A stretch of 64,000 nt of DNA, taken from Nitrosopumilaceae archaeon (lineage in GTDB: Archaea > Thermoproteota > Nitrososphaeria > Nitrososphaerales > Nitrosopumilaceae). The position numbers and the translations under genes were made by a program. Where the stretch lies: assembly GCA_965214835.1 (NCBI GenBank), contig CBDCCK010000002.1, positions 2,752,001-2,816,000 on the forward strand, in the 5' to 3' direction. Shown one piece after another: positions 20,815-32,535 of this stretch; position 1 is the first letter of the stretch; each line of letters opens with the position of its first letter. Below the pieces are notes generated by a model, which saw nothing but the letters and a program-made list of their open reading frames with translations, had not been told where the DNA came from and did no database searches.

Positions 20815-21753
20815 ATGATGAGGCTGGTTGTGCTAATCCCGGCGTATAACGAAGAGTCCACAATAGGGGACGTCATTGCAGGAATACCAAAGTCAATCCC
20901 ACACGTTACTGAGATATCCGTCGTTGTAGTTGATGACGGCTCTACGGACGGCACCGAAAAAACGGCAAGAGAGGCCGGCGCGATCGTGTGTTCCTTTGAA
21001 AAAAACAATGGGCTTGCACGGGCTGTATCGTTTGGTTTTTCCAAGTGCCTAGAACTCAAGGCAGACATTGTAATTACACTGGACGCCGACGATCAGTACG
21101 ATCCGGCGCAAATCCCCATCGTTTTAAAACCAATATTAGACAACAAGGCAGACATTGTGATAGGCGACAGGCAGGTCCACAGGCTTGAACACATGTCCCG
21201 GCAAAAAAGGATCGGCAACAGGTTGGTATCCAAGACGGTCTCGCGTATCATGAGCAAAAAAATCAACGATGCGCAGACTGGGTTTAGGGCGTTTAGCCGC
21301 CATGCGCTTGCAAAACTGCACATCTTTTCCAGATACACCTACACGCAGGAAACGCTATTGCAGGCAAGCTTCAAGGGACTGAGAATATCCGAGGTTCCCG
21401 TAGAATTTCGGAAGAGACGGGTAGGCAAATCCAAACTGATCTCAAGCATCTTTACGTATGCGGCAGAAACCATATACCTGATCATGTCCACGATAATCTT
21501 TTACAAGTCCGCAATGTTTTTTGGCATCATTGCGGCCATACTGTTTGTTCTAGGCATCGGACTGTCCGCTTTCCTGCTTGCCCATTTTTGGGCGACCGGA
21601 CAAATCCAACCACATTATCCTACAATGATACTGGCCTCGCTTTTTCTGATAACTGCCTCGATATCCTCACTGATGATCATCATATCCTCCATACTAAACA
21701 GGCAGTCGGTGCTGCAAGAAGAGATACTGTACAGGCTAAGGAAGAAGACATGA
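20815..21753 (+). CDS. GT2 glycosyltransferase (DPM/DPG synthase-like)
   Basis: IPAYNEE, VDDGSTD, LDADDQY, DAQTGFRAF, two C-terminal TM helices. Confidence 0.9.
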   Translation: MMRLVVLIPAYNEESTIGDVIAGIPKSIPHVTEISVVVVDDGSTDGTEKTAREAGAIVCSFEKNNGLARAVSFGFSKCLELKADIVITLDADDQYDPAQIPIVLKPILDNKADIVIGDRQVHRLEHMSRQKRIGNRLVSKTVSRIMSKKINDAQTGFRAFSRHALAKLHIFSRYTYTQETLLQASFKGLRISEVPVEFRKRRVGKSKLISSIFTYAAETIYLIMSTIIFYKSAMFFGIIAAILFVLGIGLSAFLLAHFWATGQIQPHYPTMILASLFLITASISSLMIIISSILNRQSVLQEEILYRLRKKT

Positions 21754-21842
21754 GGCCACGTGCCCTTGCTGTGGCCAGGCATGAAAATCACAATTGTACG
21801 TGCTAATTCGTGCCTGACTGGTGAGGGTAGATGGCCACACAC
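21748..21842. mobile_element. MITE family A, degenerate copy
   Basis: Core CCCTTGCT..CAGGCATGAAAATCACAAT..AATTCGTGCCTGA shared with the other copies. Confidence 0.65.
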
Positions 21843-22721
21843 AGGTCTAGTATTCCACACCCATGCCTGCATCCATGTCTATGACGAGCCTTACATCCCT
21901 GCGGCACACGTCAAGAAAGTGGTAAAGGAACGGCCGTATGTGCGCCCACCTCGTTTCTGGCATGACGTAATCCAGCCACAGCGATACCAGCGTCGGGTCA
22001 TTATCTTTGGTGCAGCATCGCTCTCCATGACGCCGGATTCTCTTATCATCTGGCGGCATGCGGACTCGACGTATCCAAAGGCACCATCGTTTTTTGTTAT
22101 TATCCCAAGTGATATCCAGCGCGACAGAGAGCTGCCAGGATCCGGCGTATCCCACCTACCAAATAGGATTGCAAACTCGTCGCCCCAGACGCCTATCCCC
22201 TAGGCTCACTCCCGAGGATCCAGGTCGTGGCTTTGCAGGATTGTCCAGGCTCTGGTAGTCGAGAGGTATCGGAGGCCGACGCCATGAACCTGGTGCCACT
22301 GCCAGAACTCCGAGAAGGTCTCATCCCTAGAGTCGGCCTCCAGATCCGCCGAACCCCTCAGGATTACGCGGACGCCGCCTCCGCGTGTGCCACTTGGAAG
22401 CACCCCGGCGTGCGCATCGAGATATCTAGGGCGGATGCTCATGTATTGGGACGGTACAGGCACTTCCATGGCATTGTAGCGCTCCATAGTCTTGAACGCG
22501 ATCTTCACGAACAGGCTGTACTCAGGCTTTATCGCCATGATGCGGTACAAGGTTCCCACAAAAAAAGAGATCATCCATGCATTAAGGAAATACAAGTAGG
22601 ACGTGTCCAAGAAAAATTTCGAGAATTTGTTGGGGGTTTTGATATTATGACTGCATGGGATCGGACGGTCTGTGCTTGTCTGAATCGCCGTTTTTGGCAG
22701 GTGCGGCAGCAGGATCGTTTG

Positions 22722-25700
22722 CTACTCGTATCGAATTATCTGGTGTTTGTTTTCCAACACAACCTTGTTTATTTCAGATCCTATATTGTTTAGATCATTG
22801 ATTTTGATAAGCGACGGCGTTATCGTATACAGAAAATCACCTATGTATAGAGATCTTGCCCGGTCATGGCTGGCATGCTCTGTTCCATGTTTGACCTCCC
22901 CTGCCGGTACAAACTTTCCATTCTCTGTAATCCCATATACAAAGAAGGACAGGGTGCCGTTGTCATGTATTGGTATTGACATAAACGCCCTTTTTTTGTC
23001 AACCAGAACGGACTTGTGATCATGCAATGACGCCGAATGGGCTTTCCAGTCCCCAATTACGACATAATCAACCTGCGTTGGGTTGTTGACGTCTGACACA
23101 TCGAACATTGATATTTTGACTCCCAGCTCTTGTGCCCCTCCCCACTGGTTTTCTGCGGCATCCCGCCCTATGCCGATTATCAGGTTTTCGTCGTATGGAT
23201 GCAGATAGTCCGAAAACCCCGGGATCTTCAGCTCGCCCAATATTTTTGGCTGGTTTTCAGACAGATCAATTACAAAAAACGGATCAATTTGCTTGAAGGT
23301 TACAAGGTAGAGTTTGTCGCCCATAAACCTTGCAGAGTGCATATTTTCTCCGGGCGCTATGTTTTCAAGCTGGCCTATTATGTCAAGATCTGCGTCTATA
23401 CTGATGGTCATTGAAAATTTCGCCTGATCACACATCTTGTAAAGGTTTATAGCTCCCCACCATGTCACTCCCGGCATGAACAAGACGAAAATCCTCACGG
23501 ATGCCATGCATGTCGAAAAGGATCTCAAGACTCACACCAGAATCATGGCGGTGCGCTCCGTACTGCTTGGCAACACCACCGCACATACTGCGGAGATTGC
23601 CGACGTGACACAGCGCACCGTACAGATGTGGGTTGAAAGGTTCGAGCTTGACGGCATCGAGGGCCTCCGTGACTCCCCCAACAGGGGCAAAAAACCAAAG
23701 GTTCCGGTCGGCAGGATAAAAAAGATCGCCACGAGGCTGCGCAGGATGGAAAAGCTCACCCCGAAGAAGCTGTGCAACTGGGTACGCCACAGGCTGCATG
23801 TCACATACAGCGTGGGAAGCATCAGGAGGATCCTGCGCGCGATGGGGTTTTCGCTAAAGACATCAACTACCAAGCTGGCAGATGCTGCCGACGCAAAAGC
23901 TGTAAGACGGTGGCAAAGAGAGGCAAAAACTGCGATAAAGCTTGCAAAAAGGCGCGGATTTAGGATAACCGTACAGGACGAATCGATATTCGTCAGTACG
24001 GGAAGGGACGGCAAAAAGTTCTGGTCGCCCGTGGGGGACAGGATCGAGGTGGAACGATCCGGCAGAAGGGAGCGCGTCGTGGTGTATGGAACGATTGCAG
24101 ACGACGGAACCAGGCTGATGCGCACGTACGACAAGTTCAACAGCGCAAACTTTGTGCATTATCTTAAACAGGCGCATAAAAAGTGGGGAAAGGTCCTGAT
24201 GGTGATGGACAACGCAGCACAGCACAAGACCAAAAAGGTCCGCAGATACCTAAAGAAAAATCCCGACGTTGTCTTGCTGTACCTGCCGGTAGCTAGGCCG
24301 GAGCTGAGCGCCATAGAGGCAGTCTGGAAGGATGCCAAGTACAGGCTGGTCACGTCGGCCTTTTACGACACGGTGGATCACCTCAAAAAGGCCGTCTCGG
24401 AATACTTTAGGACGTGTTCCATCAGGGTTGACATCTACAAGTATCTTGAGCGCAGCTTGTAAGGGAGGCGAAATTTTCAATGGTCATCAGTATAGGTTGT
24501 ATACCGCGTTGGTTAGTTTCCAGCTTTTGTCTGTTGTGGCTATTCTGAACCTGTTGTCAAACTCATCCATGGCAAACTGGTTGATGGGATGGCCCGGAAC
24601 TGCCCCCGTAGACTCGTGTGTAAATGAGGTACCGTCAAGACTGATCTTGTGAATTATTGTTTTAGGATTGTGGAGCTCGCGGTGGTTTGTAACGTTTTGG
24701 TCTTCAAGCAGTTTTGAGATTATCTTTTCTTGCTGCGTGCGATCCAGTCTTTCATACAAGTCCAAGAATAGATCAAGCAGTTTTGTCTGAACTCGGTTTG
24801 CATCTACAATGTTGTCTTCATATGCGGAGCTTAGCAACAGCAGTTCAAACTGTTCGGTTATGCTCAGGTTCTCCAAAACAGAATCAAAGAATTCGTCGTT
24901 CCCAAATGGATTCAATATGAATTCAGGATAGATGTTTATGTAAGTTATGTACATGTTTTTTTCAGAAACATAAACGCCACCTGCATCACCCATGATGTAT
25001 GATTCGGAGTTTATCGTGTCTCCGACGGTGTCAAAGGCAGTTATTGTGTTAAAGACATATCTGTGGTGCATGTCATGTGGAAAATAAAACACGTCCGAGT
25101 CCATGGACATTCCCAGTGAATCGGTAATTTCCGGCATCATGATATCATCGGGGTTGAGATCGCTTGATGTGAGAAGATACACGTGATCCTCAATCATTCT
25201 GGCTTCTACGTATGCGCCCGTGATAGAAAAACTCCTCATGATTTGCGGGTTTTCCTTATCGTCCATGTCCAGTATAAAGACATCTGTTGCCGATGTGTGT
25301 TGGGGGTTTTCGGAAAAAAGAATCAGCCTGTCGCCACTTAACAGCATAGTGTCAAGACTCTGCTCTGAACCGATCCCTATTTTGGATAGCAGTGCAGCAC
25401 CTGATGGGGGGAATGCCTTTACCGTTGCAAGCTTGTCATCGCCTAATACGTAGATGTTGAACGCATCGTTTTTTACAAAATCAGGCTCGTCTACGTTTTT
25501 TACCTGGATGTTGGTAGTCGAGTATTCTACGGGGCCGTCTCCCCCAATCTCCCAAGCTTTGGGTGATGCTTGTGGAATTGATGGTTGGAGTGAGAGGGAC
25601 TCCTCCCACAATCCGTCGGCGAGCCCGCTTTCACGGAAGCCGGAATGGGAATCAAGTGTAATATAATTGCCTGAGAGCATCTCGTTCACATGGATTTTAT

Positions 25701-26067
25701 TTTGTGAGGATTCTAGGAATTCCCGAATTTCAAGAGCCGTTTGCAGCTTTTCAGGCGCGTTGGAATCAACTTCAAAAAGGTCTCTGATTACTTTGAATTT
25801 TATGTCATATGATTTGTCTCCAGCCGCAGTTGCAAATCCAATCGCAGACAATCTTGCGACACTTTTTTCCATTACGCAAATTGGCTTGCCGTCAAATGTT
25901 TTAATCATTAACTGATATGCATTTTTACAGGTTATGTTGTACGGATCAATTCCGCTTGGGGCCTGTTCGTTCGGTCTGGACGGTGTTTCAGAAAAGGACA
26001 AAGGAACGGCTACCAGTGCGAGGCTTGAAAATAAAACAAGGGCCGGCAGCAGAATTTTTTTGTGCAT
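22722..26067 (-). pseudogene. Secreted beta-propeller domain protein interrupted by IS630
   Basis: Signal peptide, YSTTNIQVKNVDEPDFVK, NQFAMDE..RIATT, ELKIPGFSDYLHP; frame rejoins as YNL-DADL once the IS is removed. Confidence 0.9.
23399..24492 (+). mobile_element. IS630-family element (transposase 23476-24462)
   Basis: VQDES, VMDNA, PELSAIEAVW; TIR containing CATTGAAAATTTCGCCT; TA duplication. Confidence 0.9.
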
Positions 26068-26199
26068 TTTTATATAAAAAAAACTCCGTTAGTTAAGACT
26101 TGCGTATTAATGATACGTAAGAGCTTACCCCTTCATAACAGCTCGGGCTCTGGAAGTTCAGGCGTGAGATTTGCCACCTTGGATGCCCCCTTGGACAGT

Positions 26200-26530
26200 A
26201 CCCCCGCACTGGTCAGGGAGCAGCTAACAGAATGGAATGGCAACGTGGTGCTAAAGTTCCTGCCTTCGTACACGCCGGAGCTGAGCTCGATAGAGGAGCA
26301 GTGGCGCGGTATGAGGTCACGTCCCCTTGCTAGCTAGGCACGAAAATCATAATTGTACCTGCCAATTCATGCCTGATTGATAGAGGTAGGTGACCACATA
26401 CGTGGCGCGGGGTCAAAAAGGCGACTGCAAACCGCCTGTATCAGACCGTCGACGAGATGCAAAAGTCCATGCGCGTCATGTTGCGCAGGGGCGAGATAAA
26501 GGTGGTAGAGATGAACAAATGGCTGACGTA
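26200..26530 (+). pseudogene. IS630 transposase C-terminal remnant hit by a MITE
   Basis: FLPSYTPELSSIEEQW motif. Confidence 0.65.
26309..26401. mobile_element. MITE family A (93 bp)
   Basis: GTATGAGGTCAC...GTGACCACATAC; 8-bp TSD GTGGCGCG. Confidence 0.9.
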
Positions 26531-27033
26531 GATACTACGTTAGCCAAACGACATTTACCGGCCAACCTTCCGACATTTACCGGATAATCTTTCAAAGAGT
26601 CTCCACATTTCTTTGTACGTATTAGGTGTTTTTTTCCATCAACCCAGATTCTTGATTTTCGGATTATCTCGTGGGCAGAATGATTGTAACTTTTTGCCAG
26701 CAGAATCATATACAGAGAAAATCTTCCCGGCTCCAAAGACCTTGCCATGTCTATGGACTTTTTGCCACTGTTGGTAAATTTATCGATGATCTTGTCTACG
26801 CCAAGGGATCTTCTCTTCAGCTCAACTATGGCAATTTTTTTATCGTTTTGAAAGACTAGACAGTCACACATTTTTTCCGGCCGCGCCCGTACCAGCCGCT
26901 CCCCCTTTAATATTACCGAGTCTTTTCCCGTATCTATGCGAATGTTACATCCGTGTTCATTGCAGCAGTCTACTACTGCATGTACGTATTTTTCCTTGAT
27001 TGCATGAACAATCATCGGTCTTCGGGAATGCAT
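26476..27033 (-). CDS. Putative PD-(D/E)XK nuclease partner of the ABC ATPase
   Basis: CDCLVF...IAIVELK motif; overlaps the ATPase stop; C-terminal tail runs into the IS remnant. Confidence 0.6.
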   Translation of the reverse strand: MHSRRPMIVHAIKEKYVHAVVDCCNEHGCNIRIDTGKDSVILKGERLVRARPEKMCDCLVFQNDKKIAIVELKRRSLGVDKIIDKFTNSGKKSIDMARSLEPGRFSLYMILLAKSYNHSAHEIIRKSRIWVDGKKHLIRTKKCGDSLKDYPVNVGRLAGKCRLANVVSTSAICSSLPPLSRPCAT

Positions 27034-28541
27034 TCCTGTAATATGATGGATTGTGAGTGGAGAACATCGCTTACTCTTATGAACTCGTCCTGGGGAATGC
27101 CCTCCTCATCGTTTGTCTCAATTGGATGGATTTCGTGGTCGTCGTCGCCTTTTCTGACAAATACGTATGGGGCGACCTCGTCTGGATGTAAGAAGTCACC
27201 ACGGTCAAGCCCTAGCTTTCTCTCCCTGATCTCCGGCTTGACCTTGCTGGCAAGCATGAGTTTTCCCAGGCATTCTAGTAGGAATACGCTGTGAGTAGTA
27301 ATCAACACGTTGAGTCCGGAACGAATCATCCTCGCAATGTATTTTGCAAAAATCAATTGGTTGGCAGGATGCATATGTGCTTCTGGTTCCTCAATGATCA
27401 GCAGGCTGTTAGACGGTATGAGGTGTTTTAGACATAAAGTAAGCGGGGCAATCTCTGAAATTGTAGATGATGCCCTGTGCAATGGAATTCCATATTGCTT
27501 TGTTTTGTATGTGATTTCAGGCCAAGCTCCCTTCTCCCCAGGCCGCTGTTCAATGTGTCCGTGAAGGAGCTCAGATTCCAACTCCTGTGCCAGTTGGAAA
27601 AAATGCGCCCGACGATCAGGTAGCAGAATAACATCGATAATGAAATCTGACACCGCGCCTGTCAGTTTGGGCACCTGGATTGGCTCAATTCCCCCAAACT
27701 GGGCATTGTTAATTATGCTGGCAGACAGTGACTTGTGCCCCTGTAATATGCCAGATCTTCCTGCTTGAAAATAGAATGAATGTTCAGGAACAGTGTTGTG
27801 TCTGATCCTCTCCTGCATCAAGTGTATTATGTCCAACGTCACTCCTGATGCATGGGATTTTTCCACAAAAAACCTGCTTACGCGCATGATCTGGTCACCA
27901 TCGCTGGTTTTTGAATCAGTGATGTATTCTTGTTCTTTTGAAATTTCAACTTTGAGTTTGCTAACAAATTTTGGATCTGCCTTTACGCTTAATTTTTCGT
28001 TTATTGATATGTCGTACCTTCCTGAATTTGAGACTCTGATCTTTGACGTTGCTTGTTTTACCCTGACAAGTTCGGACACCGCTTCTGTGCCAAAGTTTCT
28101 TTGAATTTCCGACTCTAGGTTTTCACTAAACTGATTCCTGACTATCGTTCTAAAAATTTTTTTTGTGATCTCTGTTGGAATCTCAAAGGATCCCTTGCCC
28201 TTATTTTGTTTGACAATTCCTTGTATGTCATTGTTAAACGAATTATACAGCTTGAGGACGCTGGAACGCCTCAAGCCATACGGCCTGAGGATGCCGGGAT
28301 TCCCCACAAGACTCCGCCTGCCAAATCCGGACGTTTTGTTTTCCGCAGTCAGAATTGAATGGATAAGCATTGTGACGTATGACTTTCCCGAGTTGTTAGG
28401 ACCGACAAAAACTGTCAGGGGCTTTAGTCTCACACTGCCTTTTGAAACAGGGCCAAAATTCGTTACATCTATCTTTAAATCGATCGGTACAGGATCACCA
28501 TCTTCTTCTCTAGAACGTCGGCGTCTCGAAAGCATGCCCAA
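27012..28541 (-). CDS. AAA_15/AAA_21-type ABC ATPase
   Basis: NFGPV, GPNNSGKS, ASS signature, IEEPEAHMHP, ITTHS. Confidence 0.9.
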   Translation of the reverse strand: MGMLSRRRRSREEDGDPVPIDLKIDVTNFGPVSKGSVRLKPLTVFVGPNNSGKSYVTMLIHSILTAENKTSGFGRRSLVGNPGILRPYGLRRSSVLKLYNSFNNDIQGIVKQNKGKGSFEIPTEITKKIFRTIVRNQFSENLESEIQRNFGTEAVSELVRVKQATSKIRVSNSGRYDISINEKLSVKADPKFVSKLKVEISKEQEYITDSKTSDGDQIMRVSRFFVEKSHASGVTLDIIHLMQERIRHNTVPEHSFYFQAGRSGILQGHKSLSASIINNAQFGGIEPIQVPKLTGAVSDFIIDVILLPDRRAHFFQLAQELESELLHGHIEQRPGEKGAWPEITYKTKQYGIPLHRASSTISEIAPLTLCLKHLIPSNSLLIIEEPEAHMHPANQLIFAKYIARMIRSGLNVLITTHSVFLLECLGKLMLASKVKPEIRERKLGLDRGDFLHPDEVAPYVFVRKGDDDHEIHPIETNDEEGIPQDEFIRVSDVLHSQSIILQECIPEDR

Positions 28542-28602
28542 GTCACGTGTACGAAAAACGTTACTGCGCTATTAACCTTCTTAGGTGTGCTAGGTTGTCT
28601 AT

Positions 28603-28684
28603 TAGACTTTATGCATAATCGGTTCAGATTCAAGATTATTAGGAACAAATTCATCACATTCAGATCGATTACGCATAAAGTCTA
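28603..28684. mobile_element. MITE derived from IS-A ends
   Basis: TAGACTTTATGCATAATCG...CGATTACGCATAAAGTCTA; a further solo end at 28814-28831. Confidence 0.75.
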
Positions 28685-28830
28685 CTCTTCCACTGTTCTA
28701 TTCCACGGATAAGTCATTCCGTGATTTGAAAAACGATTCTGACTTTGGTAGAACAGCATTTCAAGTGATTCCGTACACCCTCAACGCGGGATCGTTTCCA
28801 ATGATATCCTCAATAGATCTTATGCGTAAT

Positions 28831-28930
28831 CACAGGGACTGGTGGGAATACCCCGGCAGACAGGGCCGGAATCAGGATTCGGGGGAATAACAAGTGTAAG
28901 ACGATAATCCAGAATGCGGCAAAGTCAGAC
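28831..28930 (+). pseudogene. 3' remnant of an IS6-like transposase
   Basis: Translates GNTPADRAGIRIRGNNKCKTIIQNAAK, similar to the C-terminus at 56720-56818. Confidence 0.6.
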
Positions 28931-29029
28931 TCCTGCACCCGGCGCTTCCCAAGGAGAATCAGCACCCGTTAACTTCCCAGTTCCACCTGCGGTCAAGACT
29001 TTTAATCTCCTGTTTGAAAACCGTGTTGA

Positions 29030-29431
29030 ATGTTTTCGTATTTTACCGTAACGCAGGCAAACGAGGCACTGCCTGTCGTCATCAAAAAATTCGAGTCGGC
29101 CCTGGCAAAAAAGAACGAGGTGTCAAGAATCGAGCACCAGATACAGGCAAGCATGTCGGCCGGCGGCAAGTTTGAGGAATATGTGGCGCTAAAACAGAGG
29201 CTGAACTCCGCCGTCACGCGGTTTTACCGATCCGTGGAGGAGCTTGAGGAAACAGGGGTCGTTGTAAAGAGCATCGATCAAGGGCTGCTGGACTTTCCCT
29301 CTCGGAGGTTCGACGAGGAGGTGTGGCTGTGCTGGAAGTACGGGGAGACCGAGATCAAGTTCTGGCATGAAAAGGATTCTGGATTTGCGGGCAGAAAGCC
29401 ACTGGAGATCAGCGACGACGCCCTGGTCTAG
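29030..29431 (+). CDS. DUF2203 family protein
   Basis: YFTVTQAN..GLLDFPS..LCWKYGE..FWH...GFAGRKP. Confidence 0.9.
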   Translation: MFSYFTVTQANEALPVVIKKFESALAKKNEVSRIEHQIQASMSAGGKFEEYVALKQRLNSAVTRFYRSVEELEETGVVVKSIDQGLLDFPSRRFDEEVWLCWKYGETEIKFWHEKDSGFAGRKPLEISDDALV

Positions 29432-29898
29432 GCACGGCTGTCCTGGGATCCTTTGGCAATTTTTTTGAGACTTGTTACATTTGGAGGACGAGGCCGTAAC
29501 GGACATGCCGTGCTGGAAACAAGTCCCCGTGGGTCGCCTTCTGCTGACCGGCACGCCTGATCATGAAACACTGCGAGAGCCCCTGCCCGTGATCATGCGG
29601 GACTCGCGTCGGGCCGGCATGCCTGCAGCCTGGAGCCGTGGAATGCACCGGGGCAGGATCGGAGCTGCCTTCCCAAAAGTTTCCACAGCCCCGAAACAGG
29701 CCGAACCATGGTGCGTACAGTTGAAGATCGATTGTCTTTATCGGAACAGGCACAACGTGCCAAAATCATGATCCATTTTTTGACGTGCGTGCTACGGGGT
29801 TGCCTGCAGATCCGCCTGCACCGCCGGAGCCGGACACGTCTGGGAGGGCCGCGTGAAGGGGAGGAAATTTAACTAGAAATCCACAGCCACAAGTAGTT

Positions 29899-30783
29899 AT
29901 GCTACGTGTCTGGCTGCGTGTGATTCGTATTCGGTTCCTCCTGGCCTCAGTTATAGCAGTCTCTGTAGGGCTTTCCCTTCACTGGTGGCAGTCTGGGACG
30001 ATCGACATGGCACACGCCGCAATTACCGTCGCCGGTGTAATGGCGCTCCATGCCAGCGTTGACCTGCTAAACGACTACTGGGACTTTAAGCGCGGCATAG
30101 ATACTGCGACAAAGCGCACCAAGATGAGCGGCGGTACCGGCGTCTTGCCCGAGGGACTGCTTGATCCGTCCTCAGTGTATCGCGCAGGTGTTGCATTCCT
30201 GGTGGCCGGTGCTGCAATAGGGAGCTACTTTATGGTGACAAACGGGTGGGTCATCGCAGTCTTGCTTGGATTTGCCATCGTTGCAATCTACTTTTATTCC
30301 ACGCGGATCGTCGACTCTGGGATGGCAGAGATCTTCGTCGCCGTAAAGGGTTCCATGATTGTCATGGGCACCTATTTTATCCAGTCTGATGTCCTGACAG
30401 CGGAGTCCGGACTGGCAGGAATTACAGTCGGCGCCCTGTCCTCCCTGGTGCTGTTCATTGCCTCGTTTCCAGATCACGACGCGGACAAGGCGGGGGGCAG
30501 AAAGACGCTGGTGGTTGCTGCGGGGCCCAGGCAGGCCACAAAATTCTACTGGGCCTTTCCCGCCGTCTCCTATACGGCAGTCCTGCTGGGGGCCTCCCTG
30601 GGGCTGTTCCCAGCATCTACCCTGATTACCCTGCTGGCCATCCCACTGGTGGTTCAGGCCGGCATCGGACTGAAAAACAGCTATAACGACACCGACAGTC
30701 TGGTGCCCTTTATGGCAAAGGCCATGTCGTTTAGCAGGATCACCGGCGCACTGCTTGCGATTGGCTTCATCATCGGGCTATAG
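29899..30783 (+). CDS. menA: MenA/UbiA-family prenyltransferase
   Basis: NDYWDFKRGID and DHDADKAGGRKTL motifs; multiple TM segments. Confidence 0.85.
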   Translation: MLRVWLRVIRIRFLLASVIAVSVGLSLHWWQSGTIDMAHAAITVAGVMALHASVDLLNDYWDFKRGIDTATKRTKMSGGTGVLPEGLLDPSSVYRAGVAFLVAGAAIGSYFMVTNGWVIAVLLGFAIVAIYFYSTRIVDSGMAEIFVAVKGSMIVMGTYFIQSDVLTAESGLAGITVGALSSLVLFIASFPDHDADKAGGRKTLVVAAGPRQATKFYWAFPAVSYTAVLLGASLGLFPASTLITLLAIPLVVQAGIGLKNSYNDTDSLVPFMAKAMSFSRITGALLAIGFIIGL

Positions 30784-30819
30784 ACTACAATTAAATCCAG
30801 CGGACGCCATATCCGTACT

Positions 30820-31923
30820 GTGATCTCAGGATTTGCAACTCCGGAGGGGACTGCCAGGTTTGCCTCAAGGCACGCATCGGTCCCCCCTAAAAACTACAAA
30901 AAGACACACGGCCTTACCCTGTCAAACGTCGGCATCGGGACCTACCTTGGGGATGCGGACGCCCAGACAGACGCACTGGTCGCCGGCGCCGTAAAGTCCT
31001 CAGTCGAGTCCGGAATCAACGTGGTCGATACGGCAATCAACTACCGCGCGCAAAAGGCGGAACGCTCGGTAGGCAGGGCAGTCTCCGAGCTGGTTGCAGA
31101 GAAAAAGATTTCGCGCGATGAGGTCTTTATCAGTACGAAAAATGGATACGTCACAAGCGACGCCGACGTGCAGCTGGACTTTTGGCCGTATGTGAACCGG
31201 GAGTACGTGCAGAGGGGCGTGATTTCAGAGGGCGACGTGTCCTCCGGATACCACTGCATGTCTGTGAAATACCTGGAGGATCAGCTGGAGCGGAGCCTCA
31301 GGAACCTTGATCTGGAGTGCGTCGACCTGATGTATCTCCACAACGCCGTGGAGGGGCAGATCAAGGATGTTCCCCGGGATGATTTCCTCGACAAGCTCAA
31401 GCTGGTATTTGAGATGTACGAGCAAAAGCGCGGCGAGGGCAGGATCAGGTACTACGGGATGGCGACATGGGAGTCATTCCGGGTGGCAAGGGACGACCCC
31501 CGGTACCTCCCGCTAGACGAGGTTCTAGGCCTGGCAGAGCGGGCCGGTGGCCCGGGGCACGGCTTTAGGTTCATCCAGCTGCCATTCAACATGTACTATG
31601 ACCAGGCACTGCTCCTCAGGAACCATGCCCTAGACGGCCGGGACTCTTCCGTACTAGAGGCCGCAAAGGGGAGGGACATCGGCGTGTTCTCAAGTGTTCC
31701 ACTAATGCAGGGCAGGCTGCTGCAGCCCGGGACAATGCCTGAATTCGGAGACCTGTCCCCAAGTCTCAGGGCGCTGCAGTTTGTCCGCTCGGCACCCGGA
31801 GTGGTCGCGCCGCTGGTTGGCCACAAATCGCCCGGACACGTCCGGGAAAACCTCAAAATCATGGAGATTCCACCCCTGGATGCAGGCGAGTTCTCTGATC
31901 TGGTCAGGAAGCTGACCTCCTAG
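30820..31923 (+). CDS. Aldo/keto reductase
   Basis: GIGTY, DTAINYR, STKNG, VDLMYLHN, IQLPFN. Confidence 0.9.
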   Translation: MISGFATPEGTARFASRHASVPPKNYKKTHGLTLSNVGIGTYLGDADAQTDALVAGAVKSSVESGINVVDTAINYRAQKAERSVGRAVSELVAEKKISRDEVFISTKNGYVTSDADVQLDFWPYVNREYVQRGVISEGDVSSGYHCMSVKYLEDQLERSLRNLDLECVDLMYLHNAVEGQIKDVPRDDFLDKLKLVFEMYEQKRGEGRIRYYGMATWESFRVARDDPRYLPLDEVLGLAERAGGPGHGFRFIQLPFNMYYDQALLLRNHALDGRDSSVLEAAKGRDIGVFSSVPLMQGRLLQPGTMPEFGDLSPSLRALQFVRSAPGVVAPLVGHKSPGHVRENLKIMEIPPLDAGEFSDLVRKLTS

Positions 31924-31974
31924 GGCGCCGGCCACCAATATGTTTTTCAAACCCCTGAACCGACATACTGTACA

Positions 31975-32343
31975 GTGTCAAGCAAAATCTATGACTATAA
32001 CCAGATCTGTGATCTGATCAAGGCGCTAGATGCCAAGATCAGGTTTGCAGGCATAATCAACGAGCGGGGCAGGCTGGTGGCCGGCGGGATGAAGCCCGGC
32101 GTCACCCCGCTTGAGAACGAAAAGGACGACGAGATGCTGTTCATGGAGCTTGCACTGAGGATCAAGATGCGCCGCGAGTTTGACAGGCAGCTGGGACCTG
32201 TAAACTTTGCGATGGCCTCCAGGAAAAGAGCAACCACCATGAGCTTTCTAATCAACGGCGACATCCTGTATGTTGCAGCAGAACCTGACGCCGACTATTG
32301 CAGGCTCCCAAAGGAAATCCTGGAGATTATCGAGTCTGACTAG
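31975..32343 (+). CDS. Conserved thaumarchaeal roadblock-like (DUF6659-type) protein
   Basis: IRFAGIINERGRLVAGG..REFDRQLGPV. Confidence 0.75.
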   Translation: MSSKIYDYNQICDLIKALDAKIRFAGIINERGRLVAGGMKPGVTPLENEKDDEMLFMELALRIKMRREFDRQLGPVNFAMASRKRATTMSFLINGDILYVAAEPDADYCRLPKEILEIIESD

Positions 32344-32388
32344 CGCGTCCTGCCAATACATAAATAGAATTGCCGGAGGCTAGACTTG

Positions 32389-32535
32389 ATGCCGGTGGAT
32401 CCTGTGTGTGGAATCGAGCTTGACGAGGGCCTCGCACTGATCCACGAGCACGACGGGCAAAGATACTATTTCTGCTGCAACGGCTGCAGGCGCATCTTTG
32501 TCAAAAAACCGCGCAAGTGGAAGAAGAACGGCTAG
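32389..32535 (+). CDS. YHS/TRASH domain protein (48 aa)
   Basis: MPVDPVCG...YYFCCNGCRRIF; TAAATA box upstream. Confidence 0.9.
   Translation: MPVDPVCGIELDEGLALIHEHDGQRYYFCCNGCRRIFVKKPRKWKKNG

Noticed and set aside
21847-22610. Two minus-strand ORFs of 102 and 134 aa
   Set aside because: No recognisable motifs; possibly fragments of a decayed gene, so no call can be supported.
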